NCBI GenBank assembly: GCA_951406725.2
Contig: OX597820.1
Coordinates: 61,442,001-61,506,000 of the forward strand
Length of the DNA stretch: 64,000 bases
Direction: 5' to 3'
DNA from: Octopus vulgaris
Taxonomy: Eukaryota
The translations under genes and the position numbers were made by a program. The notes under the pieces were generated by a model. That model was given only the letters and a program-made list of their open reading frames with translations, was not told the DNA's origin and did no database searches. Below, piece after piece: positions 1 to 13,764 of this stretch. Each line of letters opens with the position of its first letter. Position 1 is the first letter of the stretch.

Positions 1-302
1 ATAAGCTGTATTTGTGCTAAGAACCAGCCTGTGACTATGTATACAACAATAATAAGACATTTGATGACAACTGTGGATTGAAACCAATTGAAATGTTGTG
101 TAGATATAAATATTATAGACAAGCACTCTAAGGACAAGATTAAGAGTTCAGAAAATTACATAATCTGATCTGAAAACTTTTAATAAAATACAGATGTACC
201 CACAGATTAGAACACTGCTTACATATGTCTATTTTCAAGAGAAAAAAATATTATTCACATGCTAATTAAATTCACATCAACACATTCAAGCCATTATCGA
301 AT

Positions 303-481
303 CGGTAGTGTAGCTGGGATAGAGAAGGGGTGCAAAGGGGGCAGTCCACTCTTGGCAATGTTTTTATGTGGGTGGCATTTCTGGGTCTGTTGTATAAGTC
401 TGCTTAGGTTTGGGAGCCCAGATGGAAGATAGCAAACTCAAGAGCTACCCCAGGCAGCACACACTCTAGATCAAGCTGCTG
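303..481. mobile_element. Decayed short MITE (hAT-like), related to 10660-10780
   Basis: Ends cggtagtgtagct...tcaagctgctg form a degenerate inverted repeat; GC-richer than flanks; partial similarity to 10660-10780. Confidence 0.35.
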
Positions 482-483
482 AA

Positions 484-589
484 TTAGTTTCTACCATCAC
501 TTGTCAGAACATTCAACACTCTTCTCTCTTCAATGACTGCATCATTGTATGATGCACTCCTTGACATGTATTTTTTTCTGACTAATAAC
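484..589 (-). CDS. Candidate terminal coding exon of an unidentified minus-strand gene
   Basis: Acceptor atttattacag|G, then open frame LLVRKKYMSRSASYNDAVIEERRVLNVLTSDGRN*; unique sequence; no homology recognised. Confidence 0.25.
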
Positions 590-959
590 CTGTAATAAAT
601 CAACCAGATACAATAGCTATGATATAAATAATAACTGTGAATATAATGCAGTAGATTATTGAACACAGCCTTCAGTTCAAATGTTACTGCTACAGTCATT
701 GTATTGTACATCTCTGCAAGGAATATAAATGTGTTTACCCCTGTCTGCTTAACCGACAAACAGCTTCTATTTTTTCATAATTCAGTGATTGACAGTAGAA
801 GTAGCATCTATCTATTAAAATAAGCATTTGTACATTATGCAAATCTACAAATATTAAGTGAACAAAGATAATGGATGTAAAACAGCAATAAAAAAAATTC
901 TGTTCACAACTGCTCCACCTAATTCCTCTTGCTAGCTGCAAGGCCACTTCACTAGTACC

Positions 960-1123
960 AGAGACACAAAAAAAAAATCACCCAGTACTTGCTACAAAGT
1001 GCTTGATGTTAGGAAGGGCATCCAGCCATAGAAACCATGCCAAAGCAGATAATGGTGTATGATACAGTCCTTGGACCCATCAAATCCTGTCGAACTTATA
1101 CCAGCATGGAACATGGATGCTAA

Positions 1124-1153
<30 letters not shown>
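960..1153 (+). mobile_element. RTE-type LINE/SINE 3' end with (GAT)n tail
   Basis: ttaggaagggcatccagccatagaaaccatgcc...ccagcatggaacatggatgctaaatgatgatg, a motif repeated many times in the window. Confidence 0.7.
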
Positions 1154-1154
<1 letters not shown>

Positions 1155-1309
1155 GTGTCGTCAGTGGCAGCAGCAGTGGTGGTGGTAATGAAGTGAAGGA
1201 TTGAACATTAATCACACTGACTTCTCCCTTCCCAGCCTAGGAGATCTGTAACTGATTAGCTGCGAATGATTATAAGCACCACCCACTCTTTTCAGACCAA
1301 TTTAAAGTA

Positions 1310-1991
1310 CAGGGATTCCCCGACTTGCACAAGTTCAACTTGCGCGAAATTCGACTTGCGCAAGCCAACTTTTGATACCGAGTGTTCAGGTTGCGCGAGT
1401 TGTATTCTCGACTTGCGCTTCTTGTAAAAATATTTGTTATCCATGGTTGCATTGCCTTATCTGTTATCTTGTTATTTATCCATCATTTCAAATATACATA
1501 AAATAAAAATAATTGTGTTTGAGTAATTGATGATATGTTAGTTAAAGTTAATTTTCATTGTTATATTTATTATTTAGCTTTACATTAAACTCTTCTTTTA
1601 TTTGAGTCACCCTTCTCAGACGAGAACACTGACCGATCTATGCAAGTGCTAAGAAATTTGGAACATGGTTTTTCTTGTTATGAAAAAATGTTTGATCAAC
1701 TGAATAAGTAAATTTATTTGCTATGTATTTTTCTATTTTCTGTTTATAATCATTAAGCAATTTCTTTTATTTTTTGTAATTTATATTCGTACAAAGCAGT
1801 CACCAATAAAAGTTTTTTGGTTTCAAATAGAAAGAAAGTTCATTCAATACTTTCTCCAAGTGTTTCTTTAATATAACAATATTTAGCAGTTATCCCGGAA
1901 CATATTTATAGAAAACAATATCTGGTACTCGACTTGCACGAATTTCGAATTGCACGTCCCCCAATTACTTATGCAAGCCGAGGAATCCCTG
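1310..1991. mobile_element. pogo/Tigger-like MITE
   Basis: TA|cagggattccccgacttgca ... tgcaagccgaggaatccctg|TA TIRs with TA TSD; subterminal cgacttgc repeats. Confidence 0.85.
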
Positions 1992-2259
1992 TATTAACAA
2001 GCTAGTTGAAAAGGATGAATAAACCATTGTAATTTATAAGAACCACAACGTGGTAGGTTGACCTGCCAGAAATAGCAGCCAAATCTGTCTCAAACCACAC
2101 CTTACAATCTTAAAAAAAGGAACATGTTGGATAATTAGATAATGTTGTCCTAGGGTTCTCTGTATATATGGACAGGGAGGATAGTCATAGCAGGAATGCT
2201 TTTGTCTATGTGCTGCTAAATCAGAGTTGACAGCAAAACTATGACTTTACGCATTGGCT

Positions 2260-2580
2260 GGACACTCCATTATTTACAACAATGAGTGTTCCAGTTGATT
2301 CCATCAGCAGAACAGCCTGCTCATGAAATTAATGTGGAAGTGGCTGAGTTCACCACAAACATATGTACCCTTAATAGCTCTCAAAGAGATTCAGTGTGAC
2401 ACACCGAATATGACAAGGGCGGGTCATTGGACTTTATGGATACAACTCATTTTTGCTAGCTGGGTATACTGAAACAAAGTGAAATAAAGTGTCTTGCTCA
2501 AGAACACAATATGCTACTTGGAATTGAACTCATAACCTTACAATCAAGAGCTGAATACACTAATCACTGAGCCATGTGCT
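2260..2580 (-). mobile_element. Degenerate tRNA-derived SINE sharing its 3' half with 29182-29569
   Basis: Reverse-complement similarity to the 29.2-29.6 kb SINE (ttccagttgatt...aacagcctgctcatgaaattaa). Confidence 0.65.
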
Positions 2581-2954
2581 TTCACACTAGATACTTTATG
2601 TTTTTTGTGACTGAGCCCAATGGCTTGTAAGTGTTGACTCTGTTGTATTAAAACTTTACAGCATATCACATGAATGTGTCTTGTAATTCTTATCAGTTCT
2701 AAGTTCAAATCCAACAAGGCCCACTTTGCTTTCCATCCTTCCAGATTGTGATTAAAGTACCAATCAAGTACCAAGATTGATATAATCAACTATACATTCT
2801 CCTCAATCTCAGGCCCTGCACCCATATCAGAGTAATTTTTATCAATTTTCCTCTTAAACTAATTTTCTTCAAATTATCAACCCTACTTAGTTGCTGATTT
2901 TAGACAATATATCATACACGGAAACACTTGGCATTTTTTAGTTAGTTGTATTGT

Positions 2955-3993
2955 TTGTTATTTTTTGTTGTTACAAGGGGTTTTGTTGGTCCCTCGCTCA
3001 ATTATTCCCCACACATAATAATCAAGGGGATTGCAGTCTGGGAAATTAGGTGGCCAGATGTTAGGTGATGGTTCACAGAAATTGTCTGACAGCCATGACT
3101 GGGTTCTCCTGCTTGTGTGGCATGGTGCAGAATCCAATTGCCACACATAGGGTCTTCCAGTAGCCACCCTCTTGACTCAGGGCATCACTACCTCCTCCAG
3201 GCACTTGATGAAGGCCACCGTGTTGAGTGTGAGGCCTTGTGGGAAGGTGAATGGAGGCATTACGTCACTATCAATATGATCACTCCAAACACCATGATAT
3301 TGAATGGATGCTTGATTTTTATCACTCTTGGTACATATTTTGGGGACACAGAAAGCCAACAGTTGTTCTGTATTTTCACCATCTAATCTTGCAAGAAATT
3401 TTTTTTCATCTGAGAAAATCTAAAGCATGTTCGGTTGGAGGGGATGCTTGAGTCTGTTAAAAAGCTTTGCAGCGTGGTCTTTCCTCTTGTTCTTGATGGC
3501 TTGGGATAAAAACTGGACTTTTCTCATTTTGCATGAGGAATACTGAATGTCTTCATGCACTACCTGCCTGATAAGAAACTTAGACTCTCCCATATCCCTA
3601 GCAATGGACCTGATTGACTTGGAGGGATTGTTGTTGATTATGGCCTGGATCTCACCAAAAAATTCAGGAGTTCTTTTCATATCAGAATGATCAGAGTGAG
3701 TTTACCAAGCTGTCATACCTTTATAAGCACCATTAGACTCATCCATCTCTTTCCAAATATCTGCACTGTACTCAGATTGACACCCAAACACTTTGAAATG
3801 TTCATATTGGAGCTTCCAGTGTGAATGCAAGCAGTACAGCATGTCATTTCCAAATTTCTGAGAGAGTGAATTGTGTCATGGTGCTGTTTTCTCACAAATG
3901 GTGCCCAACTGACCCTACTATACTGTGTAGTCAACAAAATCCATGTGTGAAATTAAAACTGTAAAATGGTAACAATTTATCCATTGCACCCTG
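2955..3993 (-). mobile_element. Tc1/mariner DD37D (maT-type) transposon remnant
   Basis: Broken ORFs: SKSIRSIARDMG (HTH), FSDEK, QLDSAPCH...WPPNFPDCNPLDYYVWG; TIR cagggtgcaatggataaattgt at 3993; second copy at 44956-45812. The consensus of both copies gives 37 residues between the 2nd and 3rd D. Confidence 0.9.
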
Positions 3994-4520
3994 TATATAT
4001 ATATACACACACACACACACACATATGTGTATGTATATATATACATACATATATATGTATATATACAACTATGTATGTACATCTGTGTGAGTGTGTGTGT
4101 GTGTGCACGCATGCATGTGTGTGTCTGTGTGTACACACTTCTTGACATTACATAATGGTTGTAAGTGAGCATCAGCATTATACAAGCAATGTTATTCATT
4201 TACAGTCTTCTGCAGAAAACAAGTCAGGCCATGGGAAATATTACCTTTCTTGTAAACAGGTGAGAATGTATGACAGGAAGAGCATCCTGCTGTAAAAATT
4301 AGCTGCCTTAACAATTTCTGTTTCCATACAGTCTTGGAAAACTGGACATTAAATGATGATATCTTTCCTTCTTAATCTGCCTTGCAATGAAAGTAGATCA
4401 AATGGATTAAGTCTAAACTCTTACAAAATTCTTTTTTATGTTGCCATCAAATTGGTGGTTCATTCTGTACATTCTCTACACGAATGTGATCCTTGACAAC
4501 ATTTAGTCTCCAATAATAAC

Positions 4521-4522
<2 letters not shown>

Positions 4523-4562
<40 letters not shown>

Positions 4563-4563
4563 G

Positions 4564-4605
<42 letters not shown>

Positions 4606-4870
4606 GAGTGAGAGAGCAGTGCATGCCATCAGAGTGACACTGGAGTAAAATATATGAAGCCCAGTATACCCATCATGACTACCTGTCTGATAAGGGTACA
4701 CCAGGCACATGCATCATAACCATATGTGCGCGATATGGTGATCTTATATCAAGATAAACAGCGCATGACCTTACAGGTGGGGCCCAGTTAGAATTTTCTT
4801 CTGGTCAAGTAGCCCATCCCGTCCCGCTCAAAAGGTCCCTGAATAAGGATTGTTTAAGGGTGTTGAACTC
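4523..4870 (-). repeat. Interspersed repeat 3' end with long (AAT)n tail
   Basis: ~85 bp (TAT)n run abutting a GC-richer repeat-like body; family not assigned. Confidence 0.45.
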
Positions 4871-4879
4871 TCTCTTTTT

Positions 4880-5165
4880 TTTTACTCTTTTTTACTTGTT
4901 TCAGTCATTTGACTGTGGCCATGCTGGAGCACCGCCTTTAGTCGAGCAAATCGACCCTGGGACTTATTCTTTGTAAGCCCAGTACTTATTCTATCAGTCT
5001 CTTTTGCCAAACCGCTAAGTGACGGGGATGTAAATACACCAGCATCAGTTGTCAAGCAATGCTAGAGGGACAAACACAGACACACAAACATATATACACA
5101 CACATACATATATATACATATATACGACAGGCTTCTTTCAGTTTCCGTCTACCAAATCCACTCTT
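4880..5165 (-). mobile_element. Major tRNA-derived SINE family A (partial)
   Basis: Reverse complement of 55563-55950 (ttacttgtttcagtcatttgactgtggccatgctggagcaccgcc). Confidence 0.85.
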
Positions 5166-5400
5166 ATGGGTGACAAAATAACATCCATTTATTAAATGCA
5201 AAATATTGTTTTCAACAATTCATGCAAAGTCTTGATTTCTTTAACTTAACCATTTTTTGCTCACTAAGAAAAGGGATATGAGATTGTATTAGGAGTGGAG
5301 AGTTAGCTCTAGATACAAAATTCCAACTGACGAATATAATATTTTTATTGTAGAATGAGTGTTTGAAGAGTAGTACATCTAAAGGAAATGTGTAAATTAC

Positions 5401-5484
5401 CGACCCTCCAGTTAGACCTTGACGCAACATGAGTTATCTCCAGACTGTCAAATTGCAGAGACAATCCTATCAACTTTATATTTC
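5401..5484 (-). CDS. Candidate 84-nt internal exon (phase 1-1)
   Basis: ttctgatatgcag|GA...GTCG|gtaatt; only one frame open: NIKLIGLSLQFDSLEITHVASRSNWRV; unique sequence. Confidence 0.35.
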
Positions 5485-6044
5485 CTGCATATCAGAACAA
5501 TTACTTTTGTGTTTTAGGTTTCCCTTTGACATTTTTATTCAACATTACCAAGTGGTTTTGACCTATTTCTTCTTGGAATAAGAAATCAGGAAGTTTAATA
5601 ACTTCATAATTTATCTTCTGATTAGTTATGGTAAAACATTAACGATAAAAAATGACTAAACCTAAAGCAATGTCTGTCAAAAATGCAAGCTGGATTCTTT
5701 GAAACTTTTTTTTGAAATGTTGAAAAAGATGTCTCAAGAGAATTATGAATTTCATAGAATCAATTCATTTAATCCTCAAGATTCACTTGAGAGATAGAAT
5801 GAGAGTGTTAGAAGTATTGGTCATTTGATTCCAGAATATCATGAGAGACTTTGAATGAGAATCTGAAGCATAGATCTCTTTGATGATACAAAATATTGTT
5901 GATTAAACCAGTTTAGTTGATATCACTATTTGACATTACTTCATTCTATTCCACTGTGCCACTCACATGGATTGAGGGGAAGGTTTGGAGTGGGTTATTG
6001 AGTCGAGTTTCCAGGAATGTTACCAAAGCCAATTGTTAATAATT

Positions 6045-6272
6045 ATCCTTTCTATTATAGACACAAGGCCTGAAATTTTGTGTGGAGGGATAAGTCAATT
6101 ACATCAGCAGCAGCAACCCCCCCCCCATTGCACAATTGGTACTAATGTCATCAACCTCAAAAGGATGAAAGACGAAGTTGACTTTGGTGGAATTTGAACT
6201 CAGAACATGATGGGCAAGATGCCACTAAGCATTTTGTTTAGCATGCAACCAATTCAGTCAGCTCTATGCCTT
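6045..6272 (-). mobile_element. SINE family B (gcctttcatcctttcggggtcgataa central domain)
   Basis: Reverse complement of 32395-32610; further copies at ~2690-2830, 16690-16815, 26840-27065, 43485-43700, 54212-54420. Confidence 0.75.
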
Positions 6273-6435
6273 CTTTTTTTTTTTTTGATAACAATAACAT
6301 ATGGCTGAAAATGATTAAATGAAATTCCTCTTTCAACACATATTCTATACATTTTGCTTCCTTTTGAGAGGTATTTTGTTTATTGATTGAGGTACAGAGT
6401 TGAAGAAACTGATTTTAAGAAGATCCTTTAGCTGC

Positions 6436-6610
6436 ATCATCATCATCATCATCATCGTTTAACGTCTGCTTTAAATGCTAGCATGGGTTGGACAATTTGA
6501 TTGAGGTCTGGCGAACCAGATGGCTGCACCAGACTCCGATCTGATCTGGCAGAGTTTCTACAGCTGGATACCTTTCCTAACGCCAACCACTCTGAGAGTG
6601 TAGTGGGTGC
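6436..6610 (-). mobile_element. RTE-type 3' end with (CAT)n
   Basis: catcatcatcgtttaacgtc...ttcctaacgccaaccactctgagagtgtagtgggtgc. Confidence 0.8.
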
Positions 6611-6789
6611 ATATTCTATATAATTAGCTAGCTTTTCACAGATATTCTGTTTGAAATGTGTAGAAGCTTATCATTACTTTCCATAGTGTTTTCTTCCTTA
6701 GCAATCACAGGTTCTGTGAATGAGAGAATTTAACTCAGAGTTATAAAACTAAGAAAACACTTTCCAGCCCAATCTCCCTTCTGCTCACA

Positions 6790-7450
6790 GAAATCAGCCA
6801 TAGAAACCATACAAAAGAAGACATTGGAACCCAACAGAGTCCTGTGGTTTGTCAGATCCTGTTAAACCATTCAACCCATGCCAGTATGGAATATGGACAT
6901 AAGGAGAATCGGGTCTCATGGAGGCAAGTGGCTGAGTTCCTTTTGGGTGTTGGGCTTCATGGAGGCAAGGTAGCTGAGTTCCTTTCAAGTGGGCCTCACG
7001 GAGGTGAGGTGGCTGAGTTCTTTTCGAGTATTGGGCCTCATGAAAACAAAGTGACCGAGCTCCTGGGCTGCATAGAGGCAAAGTGTCTGAGTTCCTTTCA
7101 AGTGTTGGGCCTCATGGAGGCAAAGTGGCCGGGCTCCTTTCGAGTGTTGGGCCTCATGGAGGCAATAACCTTTGACATTATGTCATGCTTGAGAAGAAGA
7201 CCCATCAAGCTGAGCAAAATCGTGGTCATGGCAGATAGTGGTGTCATGCAAATGGCACCCATGCCGGTAGCACGTAAAAGCACCCATTACACTCTCAGAG
7301 TGGTTGGCATTAGGAAGAGCATCCAACCGTAGAAAATCATGCCAAATCAGACTGGATTCTGGCACAGCCTTCCAGCATGTCAGCCCAGTCAAACCGTTCA
7401 ACCCATGCCAGCATGGACAACAGATGTTAAATGATGATGATGATGGTGGT
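6790..7450 (+). mobile_element. RTE-type 3' UTR with ~6 tandem ~40-bp repeats and (GAT)n tail
   Basis: Unit gggcctcatggaggcaaagtggctgagttcctttcaagtgtt repeated over 6910-7165, then the standard RTE tail; a shorter array occurs in the copy at ~59505-59590. Confidence 0.8.
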
Positions 7451-7500
7451 AACAATGACAATGACGATGATGACGACAATTATATACATACATATATACA

Positions 7501-8981
7501 TTAATGTGTTTGGAAAAGTAATAGCATTTTTTCACCACTATGAAATATGAATCAACCAATCATGTGAGAGCCAAGGTCAAATGGGCAGGAATTGTCTGGA
7601 AATAGTATATCATCTCTTCTATTTGGCAGAGTATCATTCATAGTGATTTCGGTAATTAACACCTGGAGGATAAAAACTTAGTGAAACAACATATTTGCTA
7701 TTGCCTACTGTATGAGTTTCAAAAGAAAACTACCACTTCAGAAGCAATGAGAAACATTTGTGAAGTGTGTCTGGATGCAGTGAAAGCTTGTACATGTCAG
7801 CTGTGGTTTGAAACAGGTTTAAAGATGACAATCAAGATATATCCAATAGGCCTTGATCTAGAAGACAGCCCACTCTGAATGACAACCTTTTGAACGACAC
7901 TATTGTATTGAATCTACATCAAAGCACCAGAGACATGGTGCAAAAATTTAGTGTATCATGTTCATCTATCCATGAACATCTCAAACAAATTGGGAAAACA
8001 TGCAAAGAGGGAATCTGGGTTCCACATGAGCTTATGCTGGAGAATCGAACACAACGTTCCACTATTTGCAGCAGTCTTCTGCCAGGAATAACAACTTGTC
8101 ATTTCTGCAGTGCATTGTTACAGGTGGTGAAAAATGGGTTTTACATCACAATAGAAAATGAAAAAGACAATAATGAGAGGCTAGTGACAACACCAAAACC
8201 AGAACTCCACCCACAAAAATACTTGCTCTGTGTTTGGTGGAACATGAAAAGCATTGTTCATTACAAGCTACTGGAACATGGAAGGACCATCAATGTAGAT
8301 GTATATTGCCAACAACTTGATTGTGTAAATGAAAAATTACATCGAAAGTGGTCAGCTTTGGTAAATGGAAAAGGTGTTATTCTTCAGCATGACAATGCAC
8401 AAACCCAAGGAAAAATGAGTTTGTTAAGATGGGAAGTTCTTCCACATCCTCCATACTCACCTGACTTAGCACCTATGGATTTATGTTAACATTTGCTGGG
8501 CAGCTAATTTCCTCAACTGTACACAGTTTTTTTCATCTCTATCCCAAATTATAATATCAGGTCTGTTGCGCTTATGTTTTACTGAGGTCTTCACTGGTAC
8601 ATTCCACCAGTATTCCTTATATTATGAGTGACTATGGCTTCTACCGTATTATGAGTTTTTAATCCTTTGTCCTCGAGATTATCCTTCCGATGGATTTCAT
8701 TATAGTGTTCTAGCTACAACATCTGTTCCAATCATTACATTTTATAAGAAGCAAAATATTCAGAAACAGAGAGGAAGTTGAAAACAGTCTTTCAGACGCT
8801 TTTTCAGGAAAACAAATAAGTTTCTTTGAACATGGTATAAAAAAAGTTACTTTCCTGTTGGGCTGCAGTTGTTAAAAACGATGTTGATAACATTGTTGAT
8901 GAAAACTATTTAGGTAAACATAGTTTACGTTTGATTATAAATCCGTTCTACTAAAATACAATTACTTTCTGAACACCCTAA
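7501..8981 (+). mobile_element. mariner (DD34D) transposon, decayed, with both TIRs
   Basis: GIWVPHEL, LLCVWWNMK, LQHDNA and HPPYSPDLAPMD motifs; ends ttaatgtgtttggaaaagtaat / attactttctgaacaccctaa; interrupted at 8484-8720. Confidence 0.9.
8484..8720 (-). mobile_element. Internal fragment of R4/Dong-type LINE (RLE domain) inserted in the mariner
   Basis: Reverse-complement match to 15360-15595 (WNVPVK...NRPDI...ISCPA). Confidence 0.8.
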
Positions 8982-9146
8982 TATATAAGCACAGTCAATG
9001 GGTATCTGGTTAAGAAGCTTGTTTTGCAACCACATGATTTCAGAGTCAAAACTACTGTGCACAACGTGGAGCAGGTATGTTCTACTAAAATTCCAAGGCC
9101 TTTGAGTGGATTTGTTTGGTAGAAAGTGAAAGAAGCCTGCTGTGTG

Positions 9147-9213
<67 letters not shown>

Positions 9214-10299
9214 ATGCATTCGTGTGAAAGTGTGCATGTGTGTTCATATTTTCCTGTCTTGACATCACATGCTAATTGTAAACAAGCCTCACCACCATCC
9301 ATGCAGTATTGATCATGTTAGTGAAGCTCTGACTGAGTTTTAAACCATCACACTCAGGTTCTCTAACTGAGCTCTACAGCTGACCACACTGCCAAAAATG
9401 GCAAAGTAGTCATAGATAATTGTGTCACCATAATAGGCTTTACCACCCACGTGAACATTGCTCAACCAAATTAATCTGTTGCTGGGTAATTAAGCGAGCT
9501 GAAAACTTCCTGCCAAATAATCTGGTTGAACTTTCTAGAAAAACTCAATTGGATTAAAAAAGCTGATAAATTGAACACCAGGTAGAGCTAATTAGAAGTC
9601 CACATGGACTGATGACACTGTCTCTCTGCTCTGTGAGGTGTTTTCTCACCTTTTCTGTTTCCTTAGAGAATGATTTCTGGCACTGCACAGAACTATGTCA
9701 CTCAACATGATAGGTGTGGTGCTTAGAGTTACCTGAGGTGCAACGTGACGCTATGTCAGTCAGTTTTGTGATAAGGCATTCTCATTTTTTGCTACTTAAT
9801 TTATTTCCAACAATTATTAACTTTCTATTAAATATTTTGCATATCTTCAGTGAAAACTTCTCCTATTCCATTTTATATTTCTTGAATGCCGTTCTATTTA
9901 TTCAGCTATTGCATGTATGGAAAGGCAAATGTTCAGGTTTAATAAAAACATGTGAAAGCTTGCACCAATATTAGTGTGGGCATTATGAACACAACATACA
10001 ACCTGCTAGATGTTGTTATTGATAAATGATTATTTAACAACTCTAATACCACACTAAAGTCATTTATAATCTTCCATAAAGATATATCTGTCTACTGTGC
10101 TATTCACCTCAAAATACTGGGGGAAATATTAGTTTAATTGGAAATAGGTCAGCATTGACAGCAGGAAGAGCATTTCCTTGTAAAAAATTTGCCTCTACGA
10201 ATTTTGTCTGACCCATACAGACCATGAAAATGATAAGGATATAGGGTTGGAGTTTAGTCAGGGTAAATATTGTAAAAAACCATATAGGAACATTTATGT

Positions 10300-12546
10300 G
10301 AAACAAGGGAAAACTATGAACCAAACTAATAGCATCTCCATCAATGACTTAATTGTTGCTCCTTTATCTCATGAGAAATGTCAGATACTTAGGAGTATAT
10401 GAAACTATATCTTACAATGGTATCTGTAACAAGGAATGCATCACTATAGAATATTACTGCTGGATGAGGAAAGTATTGACCTTGGAACTTTCTGCATTCA
10501 ATAAAACAGTGGCCCACAAATATGTTTGGAGTATGTATACCAAAGTTTGGGCAACTTGACTGGACACTTGATGAGATCTGAGCCATTGATGTGAAAACTT
10601 AGTAGAACTGAGCAGCACAAATAATTTTCTCATCAACAGCAATGTAGACTATCTCTAGACACTAGTGTGGCTAAAGTGTGTGCCACCTGGGGTGACCCTT
10701 CCGTGTGCCACCTCCGCACCCCTCAGAAAAATCATATATTTCCTACAGCAGACCCCAAGCTACATTAGTGCCTCTAGATAAAATGAAAACAAGGATGCAG
10801 AGGCTTAACATTGATCGAGACTGCTTGCCTTTGAATGTCATGCCATATCCCTTAAGCAACAGCGTTTAACCACCAAGAGCCACAGTGCATCCCTTCACTA
10901 AGTACACATGCATGAGGCAGACAACATCATGAGACTTGAAAAGCAACTCCTCAAAATACATTCCCTGTCTGATAACCTTAAATACATGTCCAAAGAAGTT
11001 GCATTATTTTACTGCAACATCAGATGAAAGGATGAGTACATATCAGCAGAAGACCATGCATGGTTATATTAGCAAAAAGTTCCAGGATAATGGCAACATT
11101 GATAATCAAACCAGTCAATCATGGAACAAAAACTAAATCACTAACTCTCTTTTTGAAGAGTACCGTAAATCCTTGAGTATAGTCTGCTCTTGAGTATAAT
11201 ACACAGGGCATTTTTAGGGGGCTGTACCTCTGAAAAACCCAAACCTTGTGTATAATATGCACCCCTTCTCTAACTTGAGTCGTGTGTAATTAAGCCAGCA
11301 GCACCTAGTCGAACAAACACTTCCGTGCATGCGTAATACAATAATGGTAATGTTCTTAACTGTTATATGGGAATGTAAATATGTTTGCAAATTGTTCTTG
11401 TTACATGTTATTCTGTGTTCTGAATACTTTTATTTTAATAGATGTTGCTTACTGTAAGTTATGGATGATTCTTTTATGACTTCATTACTTTCAGGTTTAG
11501 CTTAAGGTATTTTTGCCCCTGACATCACAAAATGCATCTGAATAAACATTGCCGGACAGCAAATAGAGACTTAGACATTGCTTAGAAAATATTTTTCATT
11601 TTTAACCTCGTATATAGTATGCACTAGGGATTTTGACCTTTAAATTTGGGGGGGGGGAATGCGGAATATACTCAAGGATTTATGGTATGCATTTGCAATC
11701 CAGGAACAGTAAATAGCAACCAAATTCTTGATGCACAAAAGGGACAACGACACACTAAAACACCAAAATGTGATAATCAGTGCAGACTTTTTGGAGTGAA
11801 CGATGAAAACATCCCACACATCATCACAAAAATGGCTTTGTGTTATTATCTATCAGTGAGACATGATGTAGTGGTCAGGACACTGTACAATGAGATCCAT
11901 CTAAGGACAAAGAAATAAGAACCCACAGTATGACAGAAGCCATGCACACTCATTATATGAACAAGTACTGATGAAATGTTCCAGTGAAAACACCTATAAA
12001 ATGTAGACATAATGTACCAGACATGGGGATTTGAGATAGAGAAGAAAATCTATTTAAAGTAGTGGAAATTAATTGCCCAGTGCATGCCAACATAAAGCTA
12101 AAGATGAGTTAAAAAAAAAAAGCCTTACATTGAATTATTGAAGAAGTTACAGATATTGTACCAATATTACAAGTTCTGATCTATACCAGTAATTGTTGGA
12201 GAACTAGGGTATGTAACAAACTGCCAAAGCACAAATCCTGAGGAATTAGGCTTTTTGAAACCAGAAAGGGGAAAGTTAATTTGAAGATTATAAATACAAA
12301 GAATGGAACTGTGAGAAGTGGTAAAACTTTCCAAAAGCTTAGCATTTAAGAATATGTGTACATATTTAGACATGCAACTATATGCATGAGAATACATACA
12401 TAAAACAAAACCTATGAATTTCCACATGCACTGACTCAAAAATTGGCACATATACACACAAAAATATACAACTGCCCTATTGATGTTGTTTAAAATTCCA
12501 ATGAAGGAGCCTTATATCTAGATTAGAAAATTGGCAAAATCTCTGA

Positions 12547-12613
<67 letters not shown>

Positions 12614-12820
12614 TACACACACACACACATACACATACATACATACATACATACATACATACATACATACATACATACATACATACATACATACATACAT
12701 ACATAAGTACCCTGTTGTTGATGTTGCAATTCTAATGAAGGAGCTTTGGATCTAGGTTAGAAACCGGTTCTATCTCTATTGGCAAGAAATCTTGAAATAA
12801 ACTGAATGATGACATACATA
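10300..12820 (+). mobile_element. R4/Dong-clade non-LTR retrotransposon 3' half, decayed, with two nested MITEs
   Basis: YLGV, AIQEQ, CRLFG..ENIPHII..YYLSVRHDVV zinc knuckle, PD..EINCP RLE motifs; 3' UTR embedded in (CA)n/(TACA)n. Confidence 0.8.
11161..11687. mobile_element. pogo/Tigger-like MITE (second family)
   Basis: TA|ccgtaaatccttgagtata ... tatactcaaggatttatgg|TA; second copy in opposite orientation at 37955-38467. Confidence 0.9.
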
Positions 12821-13304
12821 CAGACAGACAGATAGACTGACAGTTAAGCAACGTATGTTTGCAGTAAAATCAGTCAAAGAAATAAGAATTACAATCTATA
12901 TGAAAATGGAGTACGACTTATCTACTCTCACAGTTATTTATTTATCACAATTTAAAATGAAAATTTAAAAAACCTGGCTTGCGGAAATTGATTAGTAATT
13001 TACTTATATTTTAACAATAAAAAAATATTATCCAGAATGTAGAAACTAAAATATGCAAGGAAAACAATATAAGGGAGATAACCTTTACTGACTTTAATTT
13101 TAAACCGATGTCTCGGTATCATCAATGATAATGACAGAAAAGTTATCGTATTTAAATACTTTGAAAATGATAAATAAATATGAATTAAAATATAGTAAAT
13201 TACACTGATCTTTGATTGCAGATATCTGCATTAAATGTACTCTTCAGAAGTTTTTAATGTGTTTACCTCTATAGCTTCCAAAGCTTGCTCCATACGTACA
13301 TGGA

Positions 13305-13305
13305 T

Positions 13306-13363
<58 letters not shown>

Positions 13364-13531
13364 CCATCCATCCATCCATCCATCCATCCATACATACATA
13401 CATACATACATACATACATACATACATACATACATACATACATACATACATACATACATACATACATACATACATACATACATACATACATACATACATA
13501 CATACATACATACATACATACATACATACAT
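13305..13531. repeat. Compound microsatellite (CA)n(CATC)n(TACA)n
   Basis: Directly visible; source of the spurious YVCM/HTYI ORFs. Confidence 0.95.
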
Positions 13532-13764
13532 AGTGTGCCCCTGCCTCGAACTTTGTTTCCTCATGTCTTCCAGAAATATTGATATTTTTGTAATGAAATT
13601 TTCTACATATAACTTTCAGAATGTGTAGATTACGATTATACTGGAATTTAATATGGAAAAATAAAATGGATGGGCTCACACACATACATACTGACACACA
13701 TCACGTATATATCTACAAAAGGAAAACTTGACATTTTGGAAAAATTAAGTGATATGTGTCAGTA

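Noticed and set aside
4447-4710. Poly-Asn ORF
   Set aside because: Derived from an (AAT)n tail.
6844-7332. 162-aa ORF with repeated GLMEAK/VAEF motifs; CRISPR-like periodicity
   Set aside because: Tandem ~40-bp units in an RTE 3' UTR; no unique spacers, no cas genes, eukaryotic context.
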